A stretch of 42,680 nucleotides of DNA from Beijerinckiaceae bacterium (GTDB taxonomy: Bacteria > Pseudomonadota > Alphaproteobacteria > Rhizobiales > Beijerinckiaceae): NCBI GenBank assembly GCA_019747375.1, contig JAIEQX010000160.1:1-42680 (forward strand), read 5' to 3'. The notes below the pieces were generated by a model that did not search any database, was not told the origin of the DNA, and saw nothing but the letters and a program-made list of their open reading frames with translations. Positions within the stretch are counted from its first letter, which is position 1; each line of letters starts with the position of its first letter. Shown here one piece after another: positions 1 through 9,085 of the stretch. The translations under genes were made by a program, and so were the position numbers.

Positions 1-260
1 CGCTCCTACTCTCGCATAGCGCGCCGCGCGAGCTGAAAAGCGGTTCTCTTCGGAATCGCGATCAATAGGGGGCATCTGGATGTGGCTCTTTCTGAGAAAG
101 ATCGTGTCTGCTGCCGATGACAGGCCTACGAACGGCTTTGCCCGGCAGATGTGCATGATTGCGCAGCCGGGCAAGCGGAGCTGTGGACAATGGCGGCCAC
201 GGCTGACTTCGCGTCATCGAAGCCGCCGCGATCTGAGGCCGAAAGAGAAATGAGCCCGGG

Positions 261-2108
261 CTATTCCAGTGTTTCCAGCTCGGCGATCATGCCCTCGATC
301 ATGTTCAGCCCTATCTGCCAGAACCCTGGATCGCGCGCGTCGAGACCGAACGGGGCAAGCAATTCCGAATGATGCTTGGTTCCGCCCGCCGACAGCATGG
401 CGAAATATTTCTCCGCGAAACCGTCAGTGGCGTTCTGGTAGACGCCATAAAGCGAGTTCACCAGACAATCGCCGAACGCGTAGGCGTAAACATAAAACGG
501 CGAGTGGATGAAATGCGGAATATAGGCCCAGAACGTTTCATACCCCGGCCCGAGACGGATCGCCGGCCCGAGACTGTCGGCCTGCACGCTCATCCACAGA
601 GTGCAGAGCTGATCGGCCGTCAGCTCGCCGTTCCGACGCTCCGTATGAACCTTCCGCTCGAAGGAGTAGAAAGCGATCTGACGCACCACAGTGTTCAGCA
701 TGTCCTCCACCTTGGAGGCGAGCATGGAGCGACGCTGCGCCGGATCAGTGGTGCGTGACAGCAGCGCGCGGAACGTCAGCATTTCGCCGAAGACCGAGGC
801 GGTTTCGGCCAAGGTCAGCGGCGTCGGGGCCATCAGGGCTCCATTGTGACCCGCAAGAACCTGATGGACGCCGTGTCCCAGTTCATGCGCGAGCGTCATG
901 ACGTCACGCGGCTTGCCCTGATAATTGACCAGAACGTAGGGGTGGGCGGAGGGCACTGTCGGATGTGCGAAGGCGCCCGGCGCCTTGCCGGGACGCACCG
1001 GAGCATCGATCCATTTCTCGTCAAAGAACCGACGGGCGATATCGGCCATATGGGGCGAGAAGTCGCCATAGGCGCCGAGCACCGTGTCGCGCGCTTCGTC
1101 CCAGGCGTAAGCGTGGGTGGGCACGTTTGGCAGGGGCGCGTTCCGATCCCAATGGGCCAGCTGTTCGGCTCCGAACCATTTGGCTTTCAGCTTGTAATAG
1201 CGATGCGAGAGGCGCGGATGCGCGGACACGACGGCGGCGACAAGGGCGTCCACCACCTCTCCTTCCACGCGGTTCGACAAGTGACGGGCGTCGGCCACAT
1301 CCTTGAACCCGCGCCAGCGGTCCGAGATTTCCTTGTCCTTGGTCAGGGTGTTGGTGATGAGCGCGAAGGTGCGCAGATTGCCGCGCAGCGTTTCCGCCAA
1401 CGCATCGGCCGCCGCCTTCCGGGTTTCGCCCTTCGGGTCCTGCATCAGGTTGAGGGTAGGTTCGAGCGTGAGCTCCCGACCATCGACCTTGAAACGCAGC
1501 CCCGCAATCGTCTCGTCGAACAGCCGGTTCCAGGCGCCGCGCCCCGTGACCGACTTCTCATGGAAAAGCTGCTCGATCCTGTCATCCAGCTGATATGGCT
1601 TTTCGCGACGGATATCCTCGATCCAAGGGCGATAGTGAGCCAGCGGACTGCCCGTCATGGCGGCTTCGAGGACATGATCCTCGATGCGGTTCAGTTCAAG
1701 CGTAAAGAAAAGAAGGTCAGATGAGGCGTTGGTGATCTTTTCCTGCGCATCGCCGTAAAACTTGGCGCGCGTGGCGTCCGTCGTATCGCCGGAATAGACC
1801 AGGCCGGCATAGGACATGATGCGTCCGAGCAGGTCCTCGAGCTTCTCATAAGCGCTGACAGCCTCGTTCAGACGCTCCCCGGCGCCCGGAGAGGCCGCAA
1901 TCTCCGCCAGCTTGCCACGCCAAGCCTGCGCAAAACTTGCGCATTCCGCGAGGGCCCGGTCGAGGTCGTTTCTGTAGGCAGGCGAATCCATGCCGGGGTA
2001 GAGGTCTGCCAGGTTCCATTCCGGCAGGACGCCGAGGTCCCCGTCAGAGATGGAAGAAGCGCCGGACGCGGCACGAGAAATGAAAGACGTGACGTCAAAA
2101 TTGTTCAT
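261..2108 (-). CDS. pepF: Oligoendopeptidase F (peptidase M3B family)
   Basis: 615-aa ORF. N-terminal LPEWNLADLY, zinc motif HELGH followed by LAETAS, and C-terminal WAYIPHFIHSPFYVYAY are typical of M3B peptidases. Confidence 0.93.
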   Translation of the reverse strand: MNNFDVTSFISRAASGASSISDGDLGVLPEWNLADLYPGMDSPAYRNDLDRALAECASFAQAWRGKLAEIAASPGAGERLNEAVSAYEKLEDLLGRIMSYAGLVYSGDTTDATRAKFYGDAQEKITNASSDLLFFTLELNRIEDHVLEAAMTGSPLAHYRPWIEDIRREKPYQLDDRIEQLFHEKSVTGRGAWNRLFDETIAGLRFKVDGRELTLEPTLNLMQDPKGETRKAAADALAETLRGNLRTFALITNTLTKDKEISDRWRGFKDVADARHLSNRVEGEVVDALVAAVVSAHPRLSHRYYKLKAKWFGAEQLAHWDRNAPLPNVPTHAYAWDEARDTVLGAYGDFSPHMADIARRFFDEKWIDAPVRPGKAPGAFAHPTVPSAHPYVLVNYQGKPRDVMTLAHELGHGVHQVLAGHNGALMAPTPLTLAETASVFGEMLTFRALLSRTTDPAQRRSMLASKVEDMLNTVVRQIAFYSFERKVHTERRNGELTADQLCTLWMSVQADSLGPAIRLGPGYETFWAYIPHFIHSPFYVYAYAFGDCLVNSLYGVYQNATDGFAEKYFAMLSAGGTKHHSELLAPFGLDARDPGFWQIGLNMIEGMIAELETLE

Positions 2109-2162
2109 GTGAGAACCAGTCTGGTGGGCATCTAGGTCAGGTCAGAATGTCGTTCGATGCAC

Positions 2163-2191
2163 ATATTGGACATGGGCGCGTTTCGATCAAC
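2163..2191 (-). promoter_or_regulatory. Candidate RpoH (sigma-32)-type promoter for pepF
   Basis: The minus strand reads GTTGAT-N16-CCAATAT about 55 nt upstream of the pepF start, resembling the rhizobial RpoH consensus CTTGAA-N15/16-CCTATAT. Confidence 0.4.
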
Positions 2192-2245
2192 CGTCGCCTT
2201 GACGCAGGCGACGCCAGACCGCTCCGTCCCGATCCGGCACGGTCG

Positions 2246-2261
2246 TTAAGCGGGCGTTTAC
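2246..2261 (+). promoter_or_regulatory. Near-consensus CtrA box upstream of the tacA-like gene
   Basis: TTAA-GCGGGCG-TTTAC, one mismatch to TTAA-N7-TTAAC, about 60 nt before the ATG at 2321. Confidence 0.6.
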
Positions 2262-2320
2262 CGCGTTGTATCAACATGCTGCCAATCCGGGTGAAGACCG
2301 CCCGCGCCTAGAGAGGCCGT

Positions 2321-3838
2321 ATGACATCGACCATCCTGATTGCCGACGACGATCCTGTTCAACGGCGGCTTCTCGAAGCCATGACGCGGCGGTTCGGATA
2401 CCAGAGTGAAACCGTCGATGGCGGCGAAGCGGCCTTGGCGCGACTCGAGGCCGCCAATCTGCCGCCGATCGACCTGTTGATTCTGGATCTCGTCATGCCC
2501 GAGGTCGACGGCATGGCGGTTCTGGCCAGGATGCGGAACCGGCGGATTGGCGTTCCTGTCATCGTGCAGACGGCGCATGGGTCGATCGATGTGGTGATTT
2601 CGGCAATGCGCGCCGGCGCGGCTGATTTCGTCGTCAAGCCGGTCGGCGCCGAACGGCTTCAGATTTCCATCAAGAACACCTTGCGGTTCGACGCGCTCGA
2701 AGACGAAGTGCGCCGGATGAGCCGGCGATCTTCAGGAACGGTCGGGTTTCGCGATATCTTCACCCGAAGCGAAAACATGCAACGGATCGTCCGACTCGGC
2801 GAGCGGGCGGCCAAATCCAACATTCCGGTGCTGATCGAGGGTGAATCGGGGGTCGGCAAGGAATTGTTTGCGCGCGCCATCCAGGGCGCGTCGGATCGGC
2901 GCGGCAAACCTTTCGTGACGGTGAATTGCGGCGCGTTGCCGGCAAATCTCGTCGAGTCGATCCTGTTCGGCCACGAGAAGGGCGCGTTTACCGGCGCCAA
3001 CGAGAAACATGCCGGCAAGTTTGTCGAAGCCCATGGCGGCACCCTGTTCCTGGATGAAATCGGCGAATTGCCGCTCGAGACGCAGGTGAAGCTGCTCCGC
3101 GCCATTCAGGAAAGCGAAATTGATCCGGTTGGCGCCAAAAAGTCAGTGAAGGTCGACATTCGGCTGATTTCCGCCACGAACCAGAACCTGATCGAAATGG
3201 TCAAGGCCGGGCGCTTCCGCGAGGATCTGTTTTACCGGCTCAACGTCTTCCCGATCACACTGCCGAGCCTGCGGTCGCGGCGGGACGATATCGCGGATCT
3301 GGCGCGCCGCTTTGCGGCGCGGTTTGCGGCGGAAGAAGGCAAGCCGATCCGAGGCCTGACGGCGGAGGCGCTGCAGATGCTGGCGCGCTACGACTGGCCG
3401 GGCAATGTCCGCCAGCTTGAAAATGCGCTGTTTCGCGCCGTCGTGCTGAGCGACGGCGACGAACTGGGCGTCGTGGAATTTCCCCAGATCGCCGCCCAGG
3501 TCGACGGCTATGATGTGCGGGTGCCTCCGGCGCCGGCGATCTCGCCGCCGCTGCGCATGATCGAGAGCGAAACGCATCGGGTCGAGGTTCGCGACCCCCA
3601 TGCCGTGCGCCTCCTCGATGAAAACGGCAACGTTCGTCAGCTCGAGGACGTAGAGGCGGAGATGATCCGGTTCGCCTTGGCCCACTATCGCGGCCAGATG
3701 TCCGAGATGGCCCGTCGGCTCGGCATCGGCAGGTCGACGCTATATCGCAAGATGAAGGATCTGGGTCTCCACGACGGGGCGATCGAGAGCGGGCCGGACG
3801 CATCCGCGATCGGCGCAAAATCAAGCTTCGCCGCCTGA
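2321..3838 (+). CDS. tacA: Sigma-54-dependent response regulator (receiver, AAA+, Fis HTH), TacA-like
   Basis: Receiver domain (ILIADDD...LILDLVMP), Walker A GESGVGKE, GAFTGA loop, LFLDEIGE, HTH LGIGRSTLYRK. The tacA call is inferred from its position between pepF and the L,D-transpeptidase and from the upstream CtrA box; the family call is firmer than the symbol. Confidence 0.85.
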   Translation: MTSTILIADDDPVQRRLLEAMTRRFGYQSETVDGGEAALARLEAANLPPIDLLILDLVMPEVDGMAVLARMRNRRIGVPVIVQTAHGSIDVVISAMRAGAADFVVKPVGAERLQISIKNTLRFDALEDEVRRMSRRSSGTVGFRDIFTRSENMQRIVRLGERAAKSNIPVLIEGESGVGKELFARAIQGASDRRGKPFVTVNCGALPANLVESILFGHEKGAFTGANEKHAGKFVEAHGGTLFLDEIGELPLETQVKLLRAIQESEIDPVGAKKSVKVDIRLISATNQNLIEMVKAGRFREDLFYRLNVFPITLPSLRSRRDDIADLARRFAARFAAEEGKPIRGLTAEALQMLARYDWPGNVRQLENALFRAVVLSDGDELGVVEFPQIAAQVDGYDVRVPPAPAISPPLRMIESETHRVEVRDPHAVRLLDENGNVRQLEDVEAEMIRFALAHYRGQMSEMARRLGIGRSTLYRKMKDLGLHDGAIESGPDASAIGAKSSFAA

Positions 3839-4000
3839 GGGCCCGAGCCACCTGTGTCATGGCCGCCACTGGCGAGGGCGTTCCCGGATGTGTGAAGCCG
3901 CACAGCTGACTAAGCGTTTGCTTTCCTAGCGTGACCGTTATTGGAATAGTCCCATGCCGGGGTCCGGGCTTGCCCGTCGCCGGTCACTCGAGAGGATCGA

Positions 4001-5872
4001 ATGGTGCTGCGTCTCACTCCGCTGGCGACTGGCGTCGCGTTGACTTTTGCGCTCATGCAGGCCGGCTCAGCCTTGGCTCAGGACGCGGCGCCCGATACGC
4101 GCGAGGCTCCGCCAGCATTTACGGTTGTCCTGCCGCCTGAGGCGCCGGCCGAAATTCTCGCCGACAGCGCACCGCAAGAGGCAACGTCGCTGTCCGCGCA
4201 ATCGGTCTCGCCGGACTCGGGAAACGCCGGGCCGGATCAGGTCGCCGACACGATCGTTCCCAAAAGCTCAGACGCCGCGGCGGATGCCGCCGTGATCGTC
4301 CCGATGCCCCCCGAGGTCGCGGTCGAACTGACCTTGCCGCAATCCCCGCAGCCCGAGGTGGCCCAATCCATCGGTCGCCAGGTCCAGATGGCGCTCGCCG
4401 AGGCGATCCCTGTCTTCGCGGCTGCAGATATCGGGAATGTACGCCTGCCGGCCATTCAGGCGCAGCGGCGCGTGAGGGAAGCGATCGCTTCGTTTTACAC
4501 CGATCGAGGCTTTGAACCCGTATGGCTCGACGGTTCAGGTTGGAGCAACAATGCCAAGTCGGTCATAGCCCGGCTTGAGCGAGCATCCGACGATGCGCTG
4601 GATCTGCTGGCGACGCCGGTGCCTGCGCTTCGCGGCGGCGACCCCGCCAAGCTTTCCGCGCAGGACCTGGCGGCCGCCGATCTGGCCCTTTCTCAAGCTG
4701 TGGTCGCCTACGCGCGGCAGGCGAGCGGCGCCCGGATCGATCCGCGCAGCGTGTCGAGCCTGATCACCATGCGGCCCGAAATTTCCGACCCAGTCAAAGT
4801 GTTGACGGACGCCGCCATGTCTTCCGACGCAGGCGCGCTGCTGGCGGCGCAGAATCCATCGCACCGCGGCTACAAGGCTTTGCGGGACAAGCTTGCGGAA
4901 GTTCGTCGGGAAAAGGGGCCCGCGCCGGCCATCTCGCGCATTCCCGCCGGTCCGGTGCTGAAAGTTGGCATGAAGGACGAACGCGTCCGGCTCATTCGCG
5001 CCCGTTTCGGGCTTGATGGCTCCGCCGCCTCGGCCGAAACCCAGGACATCGTCTACGATACCCGCGTCGCTGAAGCAGTGGCGGGTTTCCAGAAGGAAAA
5101 CGGCATCCCTGCATCGGGCGCGCTCACGGCGCGTACGATCGCGGCCTTGTCGGGCGGACAACCGAACCGCCTTGAAGATGAAATCGTCGCCAATATGGAG
5201 CTTTGGCGCTGGATGCCACGCGACATGGGAGAGGACCGGATCGAGGTCAACATTCCGGACTACACCGTTCGGGTCTTCCGCAATGACCGCGTCGTGCACG
5301 AAGCCCGGGTCATAGTCGGAAAGCCGGTGACGCCGACTCCGGTCTTCTCGGACTCGATGCGTTTTCTGATCGTCAATCCATACTGGAATGTCCCGCCGTC
5401 CATACTGAAGAAAGAAATGCTGCCGAAGATGGCGGCCGATCCGACCTATATCCAGCGCATGGGTTATGAAGTCGTGCGTCGCAATGGCCAGATTTCCGTG
5501 CGGCAGCCGCCCGGCGAACGCAATGCGCTCGGTTGGATCAAGTTCATGTTTCCGAATGACCATTCAGTCTATCTGCATGACACGCCGTCGCGCGGCCTCT
5601 TCAATACGAAGAAGCGGGCGTACAGCCATGGCTGCGTGCGCGTCGACCAACCATTCGCACTGGCCGAAATTGTCCTCGGCGACGGCTGGACGGAAGATCG
5701 GGTCAAGCGCCTCAAGGGCGGCGGCGAACGGACCGTGAAGATGCCGAAGCCCCTGCCGATCCACCTGGGTTATTTCCCGGCCTTCGTGGACGACCAAGGC
5801 AAGCTGCAGCTGCGTGAGGACATCTATGGGCATTCACGCAAGATAAAGGCCGCTCTCGGCCTTACGGGCTGA
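4001..5872 (+). CDS. Murein L,D-transpeptidase (YcbB/LdtD family) with scaffold and peptidoglycan-binding domains
   Basis: Signal peptide (..AGSALA/QD), PG-binding helix (AVAGFQKENGIPASG), YkuD domain with VYLHDTP...SHGCVRV catalytic His/Cys, and terminal LREDIYG. Confidence 0.92.
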   Translation: MVLRLTPLATGVALTFALMQAGSALAQDAAPDTREAPPAFTVVLPPEAPAEILADSAPQEATSLSAQSVSPDSGNAGPDQVADTIVPKSSDAAADAAVIVPMPPEVAVELTLPQSPQPEVAQSIGRQVQMALAEAIPVFAAADIGNVRLPAIQAQRRVREAIASFYTDRGFEPVWLDGSGWSNNAKSVIARLERASDDALDLLATPVPALRGGDPAKLSAQDLAAADLALSQAVVAYARQASGARIDPRSVSSLITMRPEISDPVKVLTDAAMSSDAGALLAAQNPSHRGYKALRDKLAEVRREKGPAPAISRIPAGPVLKVGMKDERVRLIRARFGLDGSAASAETQDIVYDTRVAEAVAGFQKENGIPASGALTARTIAALSGGQPNRLEDEIVANMELWRWMPRDMGEDRIEVNIPDYTVRVFRNDRVVHEARVIVGKPVTPTPVFSDSMRFLIVNPYWNVPPSILKKEMLPKMAADPTYIQRMGYEVVRRNGQISVRQPPGERNALGWIKFMFPNDHSVYLHDTPSRGLFNTKKRAYSHGCVRVDQPFALAEIVLGDGWTEDRVKRLKGGGERTVKMPKPLPIHLGYFPAFVDDQGKLQLREDIYGHSRKIKAALGLTG

Positions 5873-6163
5873 TCGACGCCGGCAGGCGGGCAGACTTTGC
5901 GTCAGGGGCGCAAGCATGGTGGACAAACGCGCTTCTGGAGGCGCGGACGTCTTCCTGTCGATCATCGTCCTGCTGGCTTCGATACAGCTTTGCCGGCGGC
6001 TGGCGGCTCCGGGCTTTTTCTGCTCTTGTGCTCGGCGCTGGCGCTTGGCCCTCACGAGGCTTTCGAGGGATGACGGCAGCTTGAGCTTGAGAACCTTTCG
6101 GCCTTTGTGAGATCTTCGGACAAGCGTGGCTTTTCGGCGGTTTCGAACCAATTGCGCCATAAT

Positions 6164-6179
6164 TGGCTGGCTTTGTGCA
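6164..6179 (+). promoter_or_regulatory. Candidate sigma-54 (-24/-12) promoter
   Basis: TGGCTGGCTTTGTGCA has exact GG-N10-GC spacing, compared with consensus TGGCACG-N4-TTGCW; it lies 100-140 nt upstream of the DUF882 gene. Confidence 0.3.
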
Positions 6180-6278
6180 GGGGCGTCGCCATCGCGCTTG
6201 CCTGGGGCCGTGAGGACAATCTTTTCGTAGGCCGTTACGGGCAATTAACCCTTTCCGGCAAGAGTTGAGTCACCATGT

Positions 6279-7985
6279 TTGCCGCGCCCGAGTCGGCGCT
6301 GTGTTCAGAAGAGTTTCAGATTGTCTCACCAGCGTCTCAGCCCGGACCGCCGCAGACAGGCCAGCATCGCATGCGCAACGGCGCTTTTTGCGACTGTCTT
6401 GTCGGTGATTTCCCCCGCGTCCACCCAGGATGCGGTTGCCAATGGCGACACGCGGACGATCACCCTCCATCACTCGCACACGAACGAGAGCATCTCCGCG
6501 ACCTTCCGGGTAGACGGCCAATATGACCGCGCCAGCCTCGACAAGCTCAATTGGTTCTTGCGCGACTGGCGCACCGATGAGCCTACCAAGATGGATCCAA
6601 AGCTTTTCGACGTCATCTGGGAAACCTACCGCGAGACCGGATCGCGCCAGCCCATCCTGATCGTTTCCGCCTATCGTTCGCCGGCGACCAACTCGATGCT
6701 GCGCCGCCGGTCGCGCGCCGTCGCCGAACATTCCCAGCACACGATGGGCAAGGCGATGGACATGCATTACCCGGATGTCCCCATGTCCAAGGTCCGCGAA
6801 ATAGCCATGCGGCTGCAGCGCGGCGGCGTCGGCTATTACCCCACGGCCGGAACGCCTTTCGTTCACCTGGATGTCGGCAGCGTCCGGGCGTGGCCGCGAA
6901 TGTCCTACGACCAGCTCGCGCGCCTTTTTCCTGACGGCAAGACTGTGCATTTGCCCAGCAATGGCGGACCGCTCGCGCGATATCAGGAGGCCAGGGCCGA
7001 AATCGAAGCTCGTGGCAGCAGCACGATCAGCATCGGCGGAGGCTCGTCACGTGGTTTCTTCGCTTCGCTGTTTGGCGGCGGCGACGAAGACAGCCGGGCT
7101 GCTGCGACGCCGGGGCGGCGCGCTGGATCACGGCTCGCTCGCGCGACTCCGACTGACGAGGATGACGGCAGCGAGATCCAGACGCCGTCGCAGCGCCGCG
7201 GCGTCGAAACGCTTGCGCGCGCCCAGCGCAACCTGCCGCGCGGCGAAACGACAATGGGGACTCCCGCGCAGGTCGCGGCCGTCGAGTCGCCCGGGTTGAT
7301 CGCGCCGGCGCCGCCTCGCCGGCCGGCCGAATTGACCAATGCGGCGCCGGTGGCGGGAGCCGCCCCGTCCGTTCCGCTTCCGCCCGTCAGACCCTTGGCG
7401 CTGGCCGCTCTTGGCCCGGACCGTCAGAACGGGCCTGCAAATGCGCGGGGGGCGAAAGATCCGTTTGCAGGCCTGTTGGCCCGCGCCGCCAGCCTGCCGG
7501 AGGTCATTACGCAAGGCATCGACGCCCCCCAATCCGCGGATGGGGAATTTGCAGTCCTTGCCTATGCGCCGGAAACACGCGTCGGCGAGCCCGCGCGGCC
7601 GCCGCTCGCCGGCGTGGTGGCGCGCTCGGCCACGCCCGCCCTCGCGCAACCGATCGGTCTTCGATCAGCCAGCGTACGCCGCAAGCCGCAATTGGTGGCG
7701 GCGCGCCTCGACCGCTCGAACTTTGTCTCGATTACGTCGCCGCACGATCTGTCGCATACGATGCCGCAGACCCAACTCGGGTCCGCAACCGGGCTCAGGG
7801 CTGCGGCGCAGGTCGACGCAACCGATCTGGTCTTTTCCACGAGTGCGCCGCTCACCACCCGGTTTGGCGCAATCGCCACCGACTTGCGCACCGAGCGCTT
7901 CAGCGGACCTGCGGTTCGGCCTTTCCGACAGACAAGTCTCAGCCAGGGCGAACGCGTGGGATTGGCATCGCTTTCACAGCCCTGA
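6279..7985 (+). CDS. DUF882/YcbK (MepK-like, peptidase M15) peptidoglycan endopeptidase with long low-complexity C-terminal tail
   Basis: LNWFLRDWR, MDPKLFD, SAYRSPATN, SQHTMGKAMD and GGVGYYP...FVHLDVG are M15A zinc motifs. RRR plus a hydrophobic stretch suggests a Tat-like signal. The start is uncertain (TTG 6279 or in-frame TTG 6321). Confidence 0.88.
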   Translation: MPRPSRRCVQKSFRLSHQRLSPDRRRQASIACATALFATVLSVISPASTQDAVANGDTRTITLHHSHTNESISATFRVDGQYDRASLDKLNWFLRDWRTDEPTKMDPKLFDVIWETYRETGSRQPILIVSAYRSPATNSMLRRRSRAVAEHSQHTMGKAMDMHYPDVPMSKVREIAMRLQRGGVGYYPTAGTPFVHLDVGSVRAWPRMSYDQLARLFPDGKTVHLPSNGGPLARYQEARAEIEARGSSTISIGGGSSRGFFASLFGGGDEDSRAAATPGRRAGSRLARATPTDEDDGSEIQTPSQRRGVETLARAQRNLPRGETTMGTPAQVAAVESPGLIAPAPPRRPAELTNAAPVAGAAPSVPLPPVRPLALAALGPDRQNGPANARGAKDPFAGLLARAASLPEVITQGIDAPQSADGEFAVLAYAPETRVGEPARPPLAGVVARSATPALAQPIGLRSASVRRKPQLVAARLDRSNFVSITSPHDLSHTMPQTQLGSATGLRAAAQVDATDLVFSTSAPLTTRFGAIATDLRTERFSGPAVRPFRQTSLSQGERVGLASLSQP

Positions 7986-8209
7986 TGCATGGCTCAGGTT
8001 GACGCCGCGCAGTCGTTTCTTTAGTCATCTAAATAAGCGGCTCGTAAAATGCAGCCGCACCGGAAACGTTATCACGGCAGGGCTGTCGAAGGCTGGCGTC
8101 TGGCGCCGCTTCCATTGCTCTCATCACACCGCTCGCGCATAGTTTAACCCGTCGGCATGCCGATGTGGGGGTTTTCCTTGCAGCTTTTCGCGTTCCTGAG
8201 AGCCGATCC

Positions 8210-9085
8210 ATGACCTCGCTTTCTTCTGAAACCTCTTTGACCGGCGCAGATCCCTCCAAGCCTTCAGGCTCGGCGCCCGCCATGGTGATCGACGACGTCG
8301 TCAAGCGCTTCGGTCGCGGCAACGACATCGTCACGGCTGTCGATCATGTATCGTTCAACGTTCAGCAGGGCGAGTTTGTATCGGTGATCGGACCCTCCGG
8401 TTGCGGCAAGTCGACCTTGTTCAATATCATTGGCGGCCTTCTGGGCGACTATGACGGCAACGTGCTGATCGGCGACGAACGCATTTCCGCCCCGCACCCG
8501 GAAGTCGGCATGGTGTTCCAGGAGGAATCAACTTTTCCCTGGCGCAACGTCATCGACAATGTCGCATTTCCGCTCGAGCTTCAGGGGGTGGCCAAGTCCG
8601 AGCGAATGGATCGCGCGCATCACTTCATCGACATGGTGGGGCTGGCCAATTTCGAAAAGAATTACCCCTCGCAATTGTCCGGCGGCATGAAGCAACGGGT
8701 GTCGATCGCCCGCACCCTCGTTTCGCAGCCCAAGATCCTCCTGATGGACGAGCCGTTTGCAGCGCTTGACGAGCAGACGAGGCTGCTGCTCGGCGACAAG
8801 ATCACGCAAATTCAGCAGCAGCTGCACCAGACGACTTTGCTGATCACACATAATTTGACTGAAGCGGTTCAATTGTCCGACCGTATCGTGGTCATGACTT
8901 ACCGGCCCGGCCGGGTGAAACGCATCGTCAATATCGATCTGCCCCGTCCGCGCACATCCGATGTGGTGGGCAGCGACGCCTTCGGCCATTACGTGGCGGA
9001 GATATGGAACGACCTCCGAGAAGAAGCCTCACGCGGCATGGCGGACTCGGAGACCGCCGCAAGCCGACGAGGCGCTCATGGCTAA
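8210..9085 (+). CDS. NitT/TauT-family ABC transporter ATP-binding protein
   Basis: GPSGCGKST, VFQEESTFPWRNV, LSGGMKQR, LLMDEPFAALDEQTR, and DLPRPR C-terminus. ATG 8210 is preferred over GTG 8165. Confidence 0.93.
   Translation: MTSLSSETSLTGADPSKPSGSAPAMVIDDVVKRFGRGNDIVTAVDHVSFNVQQGEFVSVIGPSGCGKSTLFNIIGGLLGDYDGNVLIGDERISAPHPEVGMVFQEESTFPWRNVIDNVAFPLELQGVAKSERMDRAHHFIDMVGLANFEKNYPSQLSGGMKQRVSIARTLVSQPKILLMDEPFAALDEQTRLLLGDKITQIQQQLHQTTLLITHNLTEAVQLSDRIVVMTYRPGRVKRIVNIDLPRPRTSDVVGSDAFGHYVAEIWNDLREEASRGMADSETAASRRGAHG

Noticed and set aside
3951-3968. TGGAATAGTCCCATGCC as a sigma-54 promoter for the L,D-transpeptidase
   Set aside because: GG-to-GC spacing is 11 nt, whereas sigma-54 needs 10.
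5990-6020. GC-rich stretch followed by TTTTT as a terminator or riboswitch in the ldt-DUF882 gap
   Set aside because: Only a weak 4-bp stem can be drawn, and no known riboswitch consensus is visible.
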